From positions 930,001-994,000 of the forward strand of contig OZ025794.1 of assembly GCA_964019425.1 (NCBI GenBank): a stretch of 64,000 nt of DNA, in the 5' to 3' direction. The stretch is from Flectonema sp. DT1601. Its lineage: Eukaryota. The notes beneath the pieces are model-generated. The model worked only from the letters and a program-made list of their open reading frames with translations, was not told the DNA's origin and ran no database searches. Both the position numbers and the translations under genes were made by a program. This document shows, one piece after another, positions 22,732 to 36,942 of the stretch; position 1 is the first letter of the stretch; each line of letters opens with the position of its first letter.

Positions 22732-23229
22732 CTGTATTGGGGTACCTTATTGAATTTAAATAGGTAAATATATTTTCCGCTACAAAAGTAAAACTATCTA
22801 TCTCATACTGATATACTGTTATAAGAAGAAGTTGTTTTAATAACAATGTCTGAATATTAAGATGGTTATTTCACTTTCAGGTAATTCTTCGCTTTTTCTT
22901 TATGATAAAGTGTGAGTCTGTGGGTCCGCTTTGCGCTTTATTCAATCAGAATCAAGTGTACTGGCGGCCTCGGACATCGCACAACTTACGGCAACATTAT
23001 AGTGTGACTGCTGTAGTCAGTAACAGTTCCCTCAGAGCAATAGTTGCATCTGAGAGGCATGCTGCTGTTCCAGCAGAAGGTACTACGACGTGCATAGGGG
23101 GAAAATACAAATAGCAAAAAAAAAAAGGCGACCAAAAAGAAAAAAGGAAATCGGGGTCGGCAGGGGATGGGAAGGGTAGTGGTTGTGGTTGTGAATTGCG
23201 GTATTCAAAATATTTATTTTTCGTTCAGG

Positions 23230-23260
<31 letters not shown>

Positions 23261-25275
23261 CTGGCGAGATACAGCAATCTCCATTGTCAACTCACACGTT
23301 GAGGAAAACGTGGCCACAATCGCAGACATTTTGGAAGCGAAAGGGGCGAGTGACAAGCTACAAACACTGAACTAAAAGGGCGATGGAAGGGGTAGTTGGG
23401 ACATTCAATTTTAATTTTTGGCATGAGACCAACCACAAAGGAAAAACAAAGGGGAATAAAAGAATCACTTTCAAGGTCCGATAGGGTATCCCCACGACAA
23501 ATCAGAAGAGAAAACGATCACAGAAAAACTCAAGAACAACCACAGACGGATGCACATTGCACCAAAAGAACTTACTAAGCCTTGGTTCGCAACAAAGGAA
23601 AAAGAAAACCGTCTACCAACGCTTTAGTGTAACAAATTCAGAGTGGAAAAAAGAAAAAAAAGATTCATCATACGGATCACGTAAGGTAACGTGCACGTCA
23701 GCTACAATACCCTCAGTGAGGAAAAGTCGTAATCAATGAAACATCACGAAAACAGAGTAAGAACCACTTCTGACTATGTTAAGAATGGAGGATGAATGAA
23801 AACATCCTTAGTTGTTACTTAGTTGTTCTTGGTGGTATTTTTTTTTTTTTGTTTCCCCCCTCTTCCACTTTCAATTCCAATAAACATGTCGTGCAAACAC
23901 CATCGTCAGCTATCCAATTACAAGCCAATGAGTTTACTAAAATATAACAATTGTAATGTAATTCGTCTTTACTTTACTTTTTTTTTTTTTTTTTTTTTTT
24001 CCCAACAAGAACCAGAATAGGAAAAAAAAGAGAAAAAAAAAGATCTTTTTTTTTTTAGTTTCAATGACAAGCGTTCGGTTCATAAATCCCGAGAAAGCAA
24101 AAGAAAGGATGAAAAAGAAAAAAAGAACGGGCGGGTATAAGGGAAGAAGAATAATAATTCTTAATTAAAATAAGAAGAAATTGCAAAACCGAAAACCTCA
24201 ATACTCTCCGTCAAAACAATAATCAATCATGCTTAAGCACGAAGATTTCATTGGCAGAATAGTTAGGAAGTTACTATTTGCAAAAACTACAAAAAAGAAA
24301 AAAAAAAAAAGGAAGGCGAACGAAAGCAACAAGCAAAGAAAGGGAGAAACAAAATAAAATTACAATTTAATACTGGCCAAGTGGTTTGGGTTGGAAATAT
24401 TTTTTGGGGAAGGGGGGTTTATGGGAGAATAGTGCGAGACAAGGATTACCTTATGTCACCTACCCAGTAGTATTTGTACAAAACAACGCATAGCGGGGCA
24501 CTGATCCACAAAAGAAAGAAACACATTGCGGACCAATGATAAGGGTACAAGGAACAACCTTCCGGCTGCTCGTGAATGAATCCTTGTTTAAGGATGTGCA
24601 TCTGGAGGGAAAGAATAATTTACTCAGCGCGACCAATGCGCAGTTATTACAAACGATTTTCCAATTGTTGTTTGTTTTAATTGTTTCACCTTGCAGCGCC
24701 GTATTCTTTGCTTGCCATCGAAGACGAGCAATTCCTGTATGCGGTATTATAGCAATAACAAGGTACTCTGGAAGCAGGTTTGGATTTTTTTTTTTTTTTT
24801 TTTCTTCAAATTTTATATGCCCTCACTTCAACAGTAGTAGTCTCCAGTGTTGTCACACAAGTCTACCTGCCGATAGGGTCACGTGGTTTGCTCTATGGCA
24901 AGCTGCACTTTTTTTAGTAAAAGCAATTTAACACGCCTTTTTTTTTTTTTTTTTTTCTTTTTTTTTTTCCCGAGTCGCATGGGCAAAAGTGCATAACACT
25001 TGTGCGTTCTACAGTGGTTGAGTGCCCTCTGGTGGGACATTTCTTTAATAATACCTTCGTTCTTTTTTTCTTTTTTTTTCCCAACCTTTTCCTTTTTTTC
25101 TCTTCTCCTTCTTTCTACATCACCTGAATAGATTAATAAAAATCTTTTTTTTTTTTTTTTTTTTTCCCCCGATGCGAAAAAATAAAAGAAGGGGCGTGGA
25201 GGGGTAAAAAAAATGTAATTAGCAAAAAAAAAACTCTCATAACTAAATCGCACTGATTAGACGAACTAGAGGATT

Positions 25276-26487
25276 CTAGCAGTATGGCAGGTTTGGGGCA
25301 CGCTTGCCACTGTTCTTGCGGCCCTGAACTAATCGTCCCATAAGCTCCTTAGTGTAGATTTGGAAGTACTTAGCGATGTGAAGGTTATCCTCGAGTGAAG
25401 CAGTGTCGTTAATGCTGTCCATAAGGGAGGCGGAGTTGTAAACAGTAAGGAAAACAAAACCCAACAATACAATAGTAAGGGCTAATGCAGCACGGGTAAC
25501 ACCATCTTCATTAGCACATGACCTGGTGTCATTAAAAGAGTAGTTGAGAAGACTTGGTTCACAAACTCTGTTATTATCAAATGCGTGATGGATTTCAGTG
25601 TACAAGTAGGTAACAGCCATGCTGAACATCCACAGTGAGGCGATCCAATACTTTCTTAAGAATCCTTCATTAAGAGCAAGTACTCCCATAATACCACAGA
25701 TCTGTGCGATGATGCCGACCATTCCGAGGCAAGCTGATCCGATAAAAACTTCGATTCTGCCTCCGTCTACTTCAGAGGCACCAAGAGCTATAAGTATCGT
25801 GCAAAGAACAATTTGGATTATTGCCATAAAAAAGAGACGAACAGCCTTCTGTGAGCTCTCTTGGATTTCGCCTCCAACACGTGCTCTCAAGAAGAAGAAT
25901 GTTGTAATAGCGTACTTGTCAGTCTCAGCGTCCATTTTTGGCTGGTTGGCGCAGCCATCACGAAGAGAAATTGGCTCCTGAAGGAATCTTGTAGATGGAT
26001 GATTCCAACACTGTTCACCGACGTTGTTGTTGTTGTTCTCATCTCTTCCGTATTCCCAGGTTGGAAGAAGTAACTGTTGCTCATCGTAGTCAGCTGGAAG
26101 TGGAAGGGTATTTCCTTCGTGGTCCTTAGTTCCTCTTGGCCCCAACAAGTCGACGTACTTGTCAGTGATCTCATCCTCTACTTCTCTAATTCTCAGAAGT
26201 GCGAAGAAGTCTCTCAACAAAGTCCAGTGTTGCTCGTATCTCGATTGCTGTTTGGGAAGTTGTTTTATGATATTAGGTGAGTTAAATAGCTGCTCATGTA
26301 CAATCAGCTATGCTGTCACCAAATAAAAGCAAAAAGAGAATAAATATACCTTAGCCTCCTGGTGACCACCCCAATTAACCTTCTTCGGGTGAACTACCGG
26401 ACCATCAAAGATGGTGTGGTCGAAAACATTTACGTTTTCCCTAGGTTGGGAATCCGAGGATGATGATGATGAATCTTGCACTGTCAT
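25276..26487 (-). CDS. Four-TM membrane protein, paralog 1 (2 exons, 369 aa)
   Basis: Exons 26487-26350 (MTVQD...HQEAK) and 26247-25276. Intron GTATAT...AAACAG, phase 0. Homologous to the next two genes. Confidence 0.88.
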
Positions 26488-28792
26488 TTTAATAAGTTGA
26501 TATAATCTGGAAAGTAAAGGTACATTAATATTTCTGATTTTTTTTTTTTAAAAAAAAAAAAAAAAAACTGAAATCTAAAACAGCTGCATGTCAACAAGTT
26601 CACATAATAGTTTTCTAGTGATGAAATAATATACTTCAGTGATTCAACGGGAATGTAACATGAGGGAAGGCAGAACAGAATACTTACTACCAATGCCAAG
26701 GGGAAGGGAAACAACGGTAAAGAAAAAAGAGGAAAAGGCGCTGACTTCCAACAATTCCCCTAAAGAGAGTAAAGGACGCGAATGGTTTTTTTCGTCAGAT
26801 ATTGTAGTTTGGGTTTTTTTTTTTTTTTTGATTTGTTTTGCTTTCTTTTTTTTTTTCCCCTTCTTCTCATTCGACTGTGAGAATTCTTTACTTCTGCTGT
26901 CGCTATCTCACTCTTCCTGTTGCTTTCACTTTTTTTTTTTTTTTTACTTTTTTTAAGGGCAAAAACAATAAAAAAAAAATATATAAATAAGAAATTCTCG
27001 TCCAATAAATCAGAAAAAAAAAAAGAGGGGTAAATTGATACTTTTTGTGGGGAAAACAAAATGAAAAAAAAAAAATTATATTTTTCGTTGAAGGTTTTTT
27101 AGTCTACAGTTTTTCTTTGGTATAGGTTTACCATTTTGATAGTCGGAAACAAATATCATCATGACAACCATCGCGTCGTATGCGGAATTTATTTGTGCAA
27201 AGTATCAAAAGCATTTGCAGCAATAATAAACAAAAACCGATACATCATAAGAAAAAGAGTTGGGGAAAAAGAAAAATCGGCTGCTCTTTAGCCCCCGCAT
27301 TTGCCAAAAAAAAAGAAAAGTCTTACAACCTATAGCAAAAGACGGTAGGTTTTTTTTTTTTTTTAGTTTTTTTTTTCCTTGTTTTTTTATTTTCCACCCC
27401 CCCTCAAGACTGTGTAGTCTCAAAGAGTTTTTTTTTCCATTCTCAGAACGAGCAACGGGGTTTTAAAAAAGAAGAGAAAAACAATCAACTAAAATGAGAT
27501 TGAATCACAACTTTGTGTTCTTCTCAGCACAGGAAGCCGAGGGCAGATGGAGAAGAGAAAAAGAAATCAAAAAAAAAATGAGAATATAACTAACTGCGAA
27601 TCAAACAAGAAATGACAATATTACAAAAAAACAAACGGCATGATTGTCGAGCAAAAAAAAAAAGTAAAATAATTGCTTGACTGCGCAAACACACCAGACA
27701 TTATTAGGTTTTGAGTATTTCTTGTAAGACAGTTATCTTGTTCTCTTTTTGATGTAATTCAAAAGCCAACAGCTAAAAGCGATGGAAGGGGAAAAAAAGC
27801 AAAAAAAAACAAAGCAAAAAAAGAACAAAAAAAAACTAAAGCTGTGACAGTAAAAACCGAAGCTAACATTCTACAGCAAAAGCGATTAGTAGGGAGGGAG
27901 CAGCCTATCGCCTTTTTTTTTTTTTTTTTTTTTCCATTGTCTCATCCATTATGAACTCTACAAGATGAAATTTCTTACCTTGAGAACATTGTTAAAAAGC
28001 CTTAATCGCACGTAAAACGGAGATGGCATGTACATCAGTTACACGCACACTGTAAACCCACTGCACTTTTCAGGGTTTTAGCGGTTTTTTTTTGCACAAA
28101 AGAAAAAAACTGTCGCAGACAGGGAAAGGTAAGTCACTCATCCCATTCGAGAGTCAATTGAGCATTCCCAATGAAGGAAAATTGTATGAAAAAAAAGGAA
28201 CTAGATGAAATCACAATGACTTACTCGACAGGGATGGTTATGACAGTGTGCGCACCGCGAAAAAAAAAATAAATGAAAAAAGAGAAAAAAAAGAAGTAAT
28301 CAAGACCAAGACGCGCGAAGCATGAACGGAAAAAAAAAATAATAAAAATAAAAATAAAAATAAAATAGAAAAACAAGCCAATTAAGACTTATAAGTCAAA
28401 GCATTCATAAATCGACTTGATACGAATAGCGATAACCAATAAATCAATACACGAAGAGTTGGGGGAAAGGAGGGAGAGTTGACAACGAATAAGATGTGTA
28501 AAGCAGCAAAAGTAAAAATCGGAACAGGTGCTCTCTGACACCATGCAGTGATTTTTTGATACACGATCAACTACTTTGAACCCATTGAATAAATTCCTTT
28601 CTTATTTCTATGCAAGTCGCTTTTGGATAAAATAATAATACCTCAGTCCTGAGCATAAAAATATCAAGCAAATAACTCCCCAACTGATTAACAAGGATTG
28701 GGTTGGGGATAGGTAGGCCACAATAAATACATAGTGTGCCATTTGTAGCTGCTGGACATCCTAAAACGTTGCAAATAGCTTAAACACGAGTA

Positions 28793-28825
<33 letters not shown>

Positions 28826-29146
28826 AAAATTTGTTTTTGATGTCTTCTAAAGGAGTGGGGAGGGAAGTGGTGAAAAAAAAAAAAAATAAAAAAATGAAAA
28901 TAGGTTTTCTTTTTTTTTTTTTTATGGCTACATCGTCACGGAATGTGTGAGACTTCTTGCGTTCCACTTCCATCTTGACCACTACAGAATTTTGAATGTA
29001 TCAAAGAAAGGGAACACTGGCAAAAAGAGGAAGCATTTGTTAAAAAGGGAAATTTTCAAAATGAAAAAAACCGCAACGGCATTAATACACGCATTTTTGC
29101 GGTTTTTTCCTTTTTTTTTTTAGATATTTTCCCTGTCACCTTTTTC

Positions 29147-29180
<34 letters not shown>

Positions 29181-30041
29181 CCTCTTTTCCCTCCCCACGC
29201 AACCTCCCAGTGAGAACAACCAAGTTTGTTTTCGGACTCCGGCAAAACTGTACGTTAGCACAATTGATGATAAGCAGTATCATATGCACGGAATCTCATT
29301 CTTTCTTTGTTAGTTTTTCTTTCTTAATCTTTTATTTTTTTTGTTTTTTTTTTTTCATTGATATCCGGTCCTTTAAGGAATTAATTATTTTATTTTTTTT
29401 TTACTTTTTTTTATTTTTTTGGCGGAAACTTCTTTTAGTTGAAAAAACAAGTACCGAAAATTTTTGGGCGTTGTTTCGATAAAAAAATTCAAAAATGTTT
29501 TGCGACCTTAAAAAAGGTAGCGTGCAAAAACGGTAATATAACCAAAACCCTCACAGGAAACTTCGGCTTTAAATTACCCGTGCGTGAATAAAAATAAAAA
29601 TAAATAAATAAAAAAAGCAGCCTCGTGAAGAAAAAAAAGTCGAAAAAGAAAAGAGAAAATATCCCTATTTGGATGATTGATTTTTTCGACCAGTTCACGT
29701 GGCATCAAGCATATAAAAAAAGAAACGGAAATTAAAAGAAAATGAGGGTGGGGAAATAGGTGGCTGGCACGAATGACGGTAGCAGTTTCTAACCCCGGGG
29801 CACCTCTCTTACAGACGAGCCAAATGAGCGATTTTTTGCAACTAATGTTTACGGCTGGGTATTCCTGCAATTTTAAACAAGAATAAAATAAAGAAAAAGC
29901 CAATTCACTCAACGAGGGATGGGGGGGATGGTATTTCAACATTTTAACAAAAAAAAAAAGAAAAAAACATAACAACCTAATCAGAGGGGAGGGGATAATT
30001 AGAGATTCCTTTTACTAAATTTGTCTCTTCCATCACATCCA

Positions 30042-31240
30042 CTAGTGGCGTTTAATAAACGACGCAGTAATTTGGGAAGGACGCTTTGAAGAGGCTTCAG
30101 AGCTGCAAATTAGCGCTGATGAAAGTTCAGAAGTGTAGACTTGGAAGTATTTTGCAACGTGAAGGTTATCAGCAATCGAGCTCTCGTCGTTAATGCTGTC
30201 TAGCAAACCAACAACGTTGTAAATAGCAAGGAATGTAAATCCTAAACTGACTGCGTTGAGAACCATAGCAGCCATGGTTGCTCCCTCTTCATTAGCACAC
30301 GACTTCGTGTATCTCAAACTAAAGTTGTTTCTACTTGGTTCACAGATACGTCTGTTGTCAAATGCGTGATGGATTTCAGTGTACAAGTAGGTAACCTGCA
30401 TACTCAACATCCACAGTGAAGCGATCCAATACTTTCTTAAGAATCCTTCGTGCATGGATAAGACACCCATCAAGATACAGATTTGAGAGATGATTCCGAT
30501 AAATCCAAGACAGTATGAAGACACAACTACTTCAATTCTACCTCCATCAACTTCGAATGAACCCAATACAATGATGACTGTTAGTAATGCAAGTTGAACT
30601 AAAGCGATGAAGAAGAGACGAACGCACTTCTCAGCAGAGTCCAGCTTCTCACCAGCAAGACGGGCCTTTAAGAAGTAGAAAGTCGCAATTGTGTACTTAT
30701 CAGTTGTGTGTGGCATTTTTGGTAGTGTATCGTCCATCAGATCCACTGGGTTTTCTAAGTATCTCGCAGGGTCCATGTGCCACAGATCACCTCTGCTACC
30801 TTCGTATTCCCATCTTGGAAGAAGGCAATCGTTCTCAACGTAGTCAGCAGGAAGTGGAAGACTTTCACCCAATGCGGTTGCCTTACCTCTTGGTCCCAAC
30901 ATGTCAACGTATTTGTCAGTCAGCTCATCTTCTGTTTCTTTGATACGAATCATCGAAAAGAAAACTCTAAGCTGCAGCCAGTGTCTTTCCATGAGAGAGA
31001 CCTATTTTTTGTTATTATTAATACTTTGGTATTATTCTTAGTTAAATAAACGAGCCATTGATGACCTTTGTTCATTACTACTTTTGTTATACGTCTGGGG
31101 ATTTCAGTTGCTCAATTAAATAAACAAAAAGAACATACTTCATCCTCCTGCTTGCCCTCTAAGTCCGTGTCACTTGGTACCTGAGTAGCCATCAAGTCGC
31201 TTCTTGTGCTTGCAGAGCTGGTGTCGGAGTTCTTCGTCAT
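30042..31240 (-). CDS. Four-TM membrane protein, paralog 2 (2 exons, 353 aa)
   Basis: Exons 31240-31139 (MTKNS...KQEDE) and 31001-30042. Intron GTATGT...AAATAG, phase 0, at the homologous position. Confidence 0.88.
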
Positions 31241-33900
31241 TTTTTTTATTTCCCCTTCTTTTGTAAGAACTAAAAAGAAATCTGTATGGAAAAGAAAATA
31301 ATTACTGCTAACCCAATGAAACAAAGTATCAAATTACCAGTAAGATCTGAACTCCCACCAACCGCATATTACCTGCTGAAAAAGAATGACTTAAATTGAT
31401 GTGAATATCTGATTATGGCTTTGATTATGCCATGTTTTTATTTGTTTTTTTTTCTCTTTCCCAACGGAGAGGTGTAGATGGAATTGAAATTATTTTTTCA
31501 CCATTTATTTCCCTTTTTTACTACCAAATCAATTCATTACGTGAAAATAGCAGTTGCCAAAACCTTTCGTGGAGGAAAAGGGTTCGGGATGAATGGTTTC
31601 GATGAGTTCTTTCTTTTATAATTATCTTTTTATCTTTTTACAGTAGTTTCTCTGGCTTCTTGCCAGTTCCTTGTCCGGAAGTATTGTACTCATTTCTTTC
31701 TAACCAGTGCACTGCACTGAAAAACGAGTACGAATGGGTAATTGTGTAGTGTGTAGAGGGTTGGGTAAAGGGGGGGGTGTTTAAAAAAATATAAAAAAAA
31801 ATTTAAAAAAAAGAGGGGGGTTGTTTTGTTCTTTCGGGGGGTCATTTTTTTTCCCCTCCCGCATTCCTTCATGCTGAAGTAACCCGTCGGATAATACTAC
31901 TAACAGTATAAAGATCTCAGTACTCCAGTCATATGTTTGCTGTCCGTAGCACGCTGCCATGCAAGCCAAGCGTATGCTTAAGGTATAGGGCGGGTACTAA
32001 CTACGGGGTACAGGAAAGGGGGAAAGATCACACAACACAATTGTTTTAAAAAAAAAGAAAAATAAATAAGTTTTGCACGTTAAAACAACGGATGCATTTT
32101 TTTTTTTTTTTTCCACCAATTTTCTCATCTCAATAATTATTAGCGAGTCGCTTATTAGAGAAGAGAAAGGATAACGGTGCTAGAAAATAAAAAATTATAA
32201 AAAAAATTTAAAAAAAAATTGACGAGCCACTTGAAGGATTCGTTGTTTTTTTTTTTTTTTAAGTAGAATAAAGATATCAATGGAGAATATGCAGCAAACT
32301 AACAAGCGCAACAAAGTAGGGATCGCAAGTAAGTTGCTACCTCGACTTGAAACATAAAAACAATGCAATATTGATAGCATAGACGGTGTCGAAGATGGTA
32401 AAATGAAATTCCCGTCACTATCGTGCACAGCCTTACGACATTTCGGGGAGTGGGAGAAGCGCGTCTTTTTTGCGAGAAAAACAAGCAAGTGCTGCTCCAC
32501 TATTCCATTTAATTAGCATTTTAAAAAAAGCAATACTTACAAACAAGACAGAGCATGTATGCCTATGCTAAATGTGTATAAAATTAAGAATTGGAGAAAG
32601 GAGAAAGTTGCTCGACACAATCAAAAAAAAGTCGCTAGGAGAAACTGATTTTTTTTTTTTTCCTGTTTTTTTCTTTTCTGCGGGAAAAAACGAGAATTTT
32701 CTTAATAAACAAAAATGTAAATTTTTTCACTTTATTTTTTTTTTTTTTTTTCTTTCTTGCCGAACACTACCCAAAAGTTTGACAGACCTACCTGTTCAGA
32801 TATATAAATGGGTGTAAATTTAATTTTTGACAACAAATCCCATCAAATGGTAAGGCACAACTGTTACCGCGAACCCAGCCAGTTGCAATGCCTCCCTTTT
32901 GATCAACAATAGAAATAAAAATAATGAAAAGATGGGAAGAATAAAAAAGTTTTCTTGGCGCCAGGTACACCCTGGGCAGAAAGGTACTGCAAACAGGACC
33001 CTTGTGGAAGTGTCTTGGGCGGGCAATATGTTGATGTACAGGGGAGGGGAATAGATTGAGAATAAATGGCGCTGCATTCAAGTGACTAACTAATAGTTAT
33101 AAACACTTAAATGAAACAACGCATCTTTGACTAGGAAGAGGTATTGTCGTTGAAATACGTAAAAAAAAAAAGAAAAAAGGTGACGTGTTCACGATTGTTC
33201 AATGGAAATACAAAAACCAAAAACGCACCCAGTTTGAAAAGCACTAATGCACTACTGGTCATCATCGCAGGGAAGCTATATGCTCGCTTTTGGGGGATCA
33301 GTCACCTAAGAAAAGAGAGGGATAAAAAAAAAGGGGGTGTTACGCAACAGAGACCACCCTGCAGCAAGAAACATCTTTTGTTCGCAATGAAATTGCCTAT
33401 CCGACTGGACACGCTTGATATGAAGAGTATGTCTTTGGTTTTCTATAAGAGACCAAAGCAGGGGGAGAAGAAAATTATATTCACAAGAATTATTAAACAT
33501 TTTATTGATAACAATCACTTTGTAAATTCTTTTATTAGAATTGTTGGGTGCTGCAGTCTACTCTCAAGAACTACACACACTAGTAGACGAGCCTATCTGA
33601 CTCGCTTGTTTAAAATCCAACTTGATTCCCTCAACAAGATCAAGACTGGTAGGAGGAAGGCAACAGAAAAAGTACTGTCAACTAATGTAAAGTATCACAA
33701 AACAAAACTATAATTGATATCTGTTTTGGATACGCTAGTAGCTTTCCAAAATAAAAAGTGGGGAGGGGTAAGGAGGTCTCCGATCACTAATTTTCTACTG
33801 TTTTATTTTTTTTTAAAAATAAAAAAAAAGAAATCTGGGGAGAGAATTAGGAGGGGAAAAAAGAAAAGATGGGAAAATTGAAGAAAGAAAAACGTCTGTT

Positions 33901-35062
33901 CTAATGATCTGGGCAATTAGCTTCGCGCATTAACTTTTCTTTACCGGAAATCATTCTTTCGGTTAACTCAGTTGTGTAAACTTGAAAGTACTTTGCTACA
34001 TGCAGATTGTCTTCTATTGAGGCTTGGTCGTTAATACTGTCAAGCAATCCCGCAGTATTGTAAACAGAAAAGAATGTAAATCCTAACAAGACCACATTGA
34101 GTACTAATGCGGCTAACGTCACGCTCTCTTCTTTAGCGCAGGAATTAGTATCACGTGATGAAAAGTTTGTTAATGTTGGTTCACAGACACGTCTATTGTC
34201 ATAGGCGTGATGAATCTCAGTATAAAGATAGGTAACACTGATACTTAACATCCACAGTGAAGCAATCCAATACTTTCTTAAGAATGCTTCATTCATGGCG
34301 AGGACTCCCATAATACAACAGATTTGTGAAACGATTCCAACCATTCCCAACACAAACGATGCCACAACAACTTCTACTCTACCGCCGTCTATCTCAGATG
34401 AACCGAGTCCAACAATTACAGCACATAAACTGATAGAAATTACTGAAGTAACAAACAGCACAAGTGCTTTACGGGCTGATTCAATCTTTTCACCAGCTAA
34501 ACGGGCATGTAGAAAATAGAATGTAGACACAGTGTACTTGTCAGTTGTTGGAAACATTCTTGGGAGTGTTGAATCTCTCAGATCTACGGGAGTCATGAGG
34601 TAACGATTTTCGTCCATATGCCAGCGATCTTCTTTACCACCTTTATAGTTCCATCTTGGAAGAATCAACTTTGATTCGCAATAATCCGCAGGGAGTGGTA
34701 GTGTTGTTCCATCGACACCAAGTGTTCCACGTGGTCCTAACATATCGACATACTTATCAGTGAGTTCATCCTCGTCTTCTTTAATTCTCACTACTGAGAA
34801 GAAATCTCTAATATCGTTCCAGTGTTTTTCGAACCAGGATAGCTGTTTTGATTAGTTTTGTTGTTACAGACGAATTAATATTATTTTTAAAAACAAAAAG
34901 ACTATATTACTATACCTTGGCTTCACCATTGCCCTCCCAGTCGACATCTCGAGGAAGCTTTGCTGGTTCGTCAAAAATCTTGTGACTGAAAACACCTTGT
35001 TCCGTGTCTGGGGTGTTGTCGTCAGAGTCATCGTGGTCTGGTGCTCTGTCTCCAATAGTCAT
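33901..35062 (-). CDS. Four-TM membrane protein, paralog 3 (2 exons, 362 aa)
   Basis: Exons 35062-34916 (MTIGD...NGEAK) and 34842-33901. Intron GTATAG...AAACAG, phase 0. Exon 1 shares VF.H.IFD.P...P..V.W.G..EAK with paralog 1. Confidence 0.88.
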
Positions 35063-36942
35063 GTTGTGTGTAGGTTTATAAAATCAACTGAAAAAAAGTT
35101 ATTGACACGAAGTAATAATTTCCTCAACAACAGCATATACATTGTGGTGTCATTGTCTATTACTCAATAATAAAAATAAAACAACAAACTTACAATGACG
35201 TGCAGACGTCCAGCGGATTCGATTGCCAGGCTGTCTTTTTCATTTGTATAATTTCGTGCATGAATAGTTATTCTTGAACAGTGTTATTCTTTATTTTTTG
35301 TTCTATTATTATTTCTCTTTTTTTTATTTGTCGGCTTGTACGTGTCCTTGGGACAATGAGAGGGAACATATAGTATAAGACAGGCACCAAGCATGACAGC
35401 AGTTTTGTGCAGTATACATGGAGGCTAGGTAAAGGCTTTTTTTTTGTTTGTTTCCCCTCCCTAACAGCAGATAGCCACATCACTATACCTTTTTTTTTTT
35501 TTTTTTTTTTCCCGCCAGCTTTAAGTTGCTACGAAGAAAATAAGAGAAGAGGGGGAAACAAAAAAGACAACACACCATATGTCATGCACGGATCCGTTCA
35601 GCAACAGTGTACAAATAGAGTAGGGCAGTATAAAACATTGAAGAAAAGAAGAGAAAACTGAACCATTCTGCGGTACAAAGCACAATGATAACAGCGCGTA
35701 GAATTGAACAAGTTAGTTTGTGAGTCCAACAACTAAGTACCAGTCAAAGAGAATCGGGTAGTTCTTCAGAGGGATTCCCAAGGCGGTTGAACCTAATCCC
35801 GACAACAACAAAAAAAAAAAGAAAGAAAGGCGTGAGTATCACTCACATACTCACAGGGACAGTAAGAAAATCAATACTATTTCTCACACTAAGGTATGAA
35901 ACTTTTGTTATTTACCCAGAGAGATGTAGGCTCTTCAAATTTTAAAGCCAAATACGAAGCTGGGAAACCAAAAAACAAAACAGAAAGTGGAGTACACTTG
36001 TACTTCACACAAAGCGAGTATTTCACTTTTATTATTACGAGTTCATTACCCCATCTAGTGCATTATTTTTACTACGTTTGGGCCAAGTTCCCAATCGGAT
36101 TGTACCACAGCTAAGGGTACCTATTCTCTCTCAGATAGGTTTCGAGAGTAATCCTTCAGCTCCTAGAGCAGACCATCTTGGATATTTAACCCAACGTTGC
36201 TGGAAATTATGAGTGCTCCTGGGAGACAACTCACATTAATAGAGAAACCAATCCGTAGCTGTTTCCGAAGACTCAGCAACAAATTGCTTTAACCACACCT
36301 GCAAGTTTGTGGAACATTATTATTATTTATTATTTATTATTTTTTTTCACCAGGCGTGTGACCAGGTAAAGAAAAATCAAAATTTAATTTTTAAAAAAAA
36401 AACGTGAGAAAGGGAAGGTGCGGCAAGAAACGAATTTTAAAAAAAAAAAAAAAAGAAAAGAAAACATAAAGAGTTAGAAAGGGATACACCATTTATATTA
36501 CAAGCGGACAATGTGAGTCAATTTATTCCCAGGAGATAAGAGGGAGGGGGGGGAAGCTAAAGAAAAACGAAGACAACAATATAGCTGAAACACAGCGTCA
36601 ACAAGATATGAGTTACCTCCCGTGGAAATTGAAGCGAGAAAAGAGACTTCTCTTCCCATGTCTCCAACAATGCTTTTAGTTAGGCAACTGCTTGAGTAAT
36701 CAGAATGTGTGAGAAAGTAAGAGGGATGAAGGAAAAAAAGAAAATAAAGAAGAAACGAAAGAAACAAAAAGTAGTAAATATCGAACAGGGGAAGAACTCA
36801 ATAGCTTTTGTAAGGAAGAAAAACAAAGTAAGAAAAAACGGATGTGCGTCTCATCAGACAAGTCTCAGTGAGATTCACTCAGCCTTACCCTCATTGTTGA
36901 GCAACGAGGCTATTATTAAGTTCCAACATAAGTAGGAATAGT

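Noticed and set aside
36235..36910. Extra mini-exons extending the RING gene
   Set aside because: Exon 2 reaches a clean in-frame stop at 36943, and joining the pieces needs a weak donor. They could at most be UTR exons.
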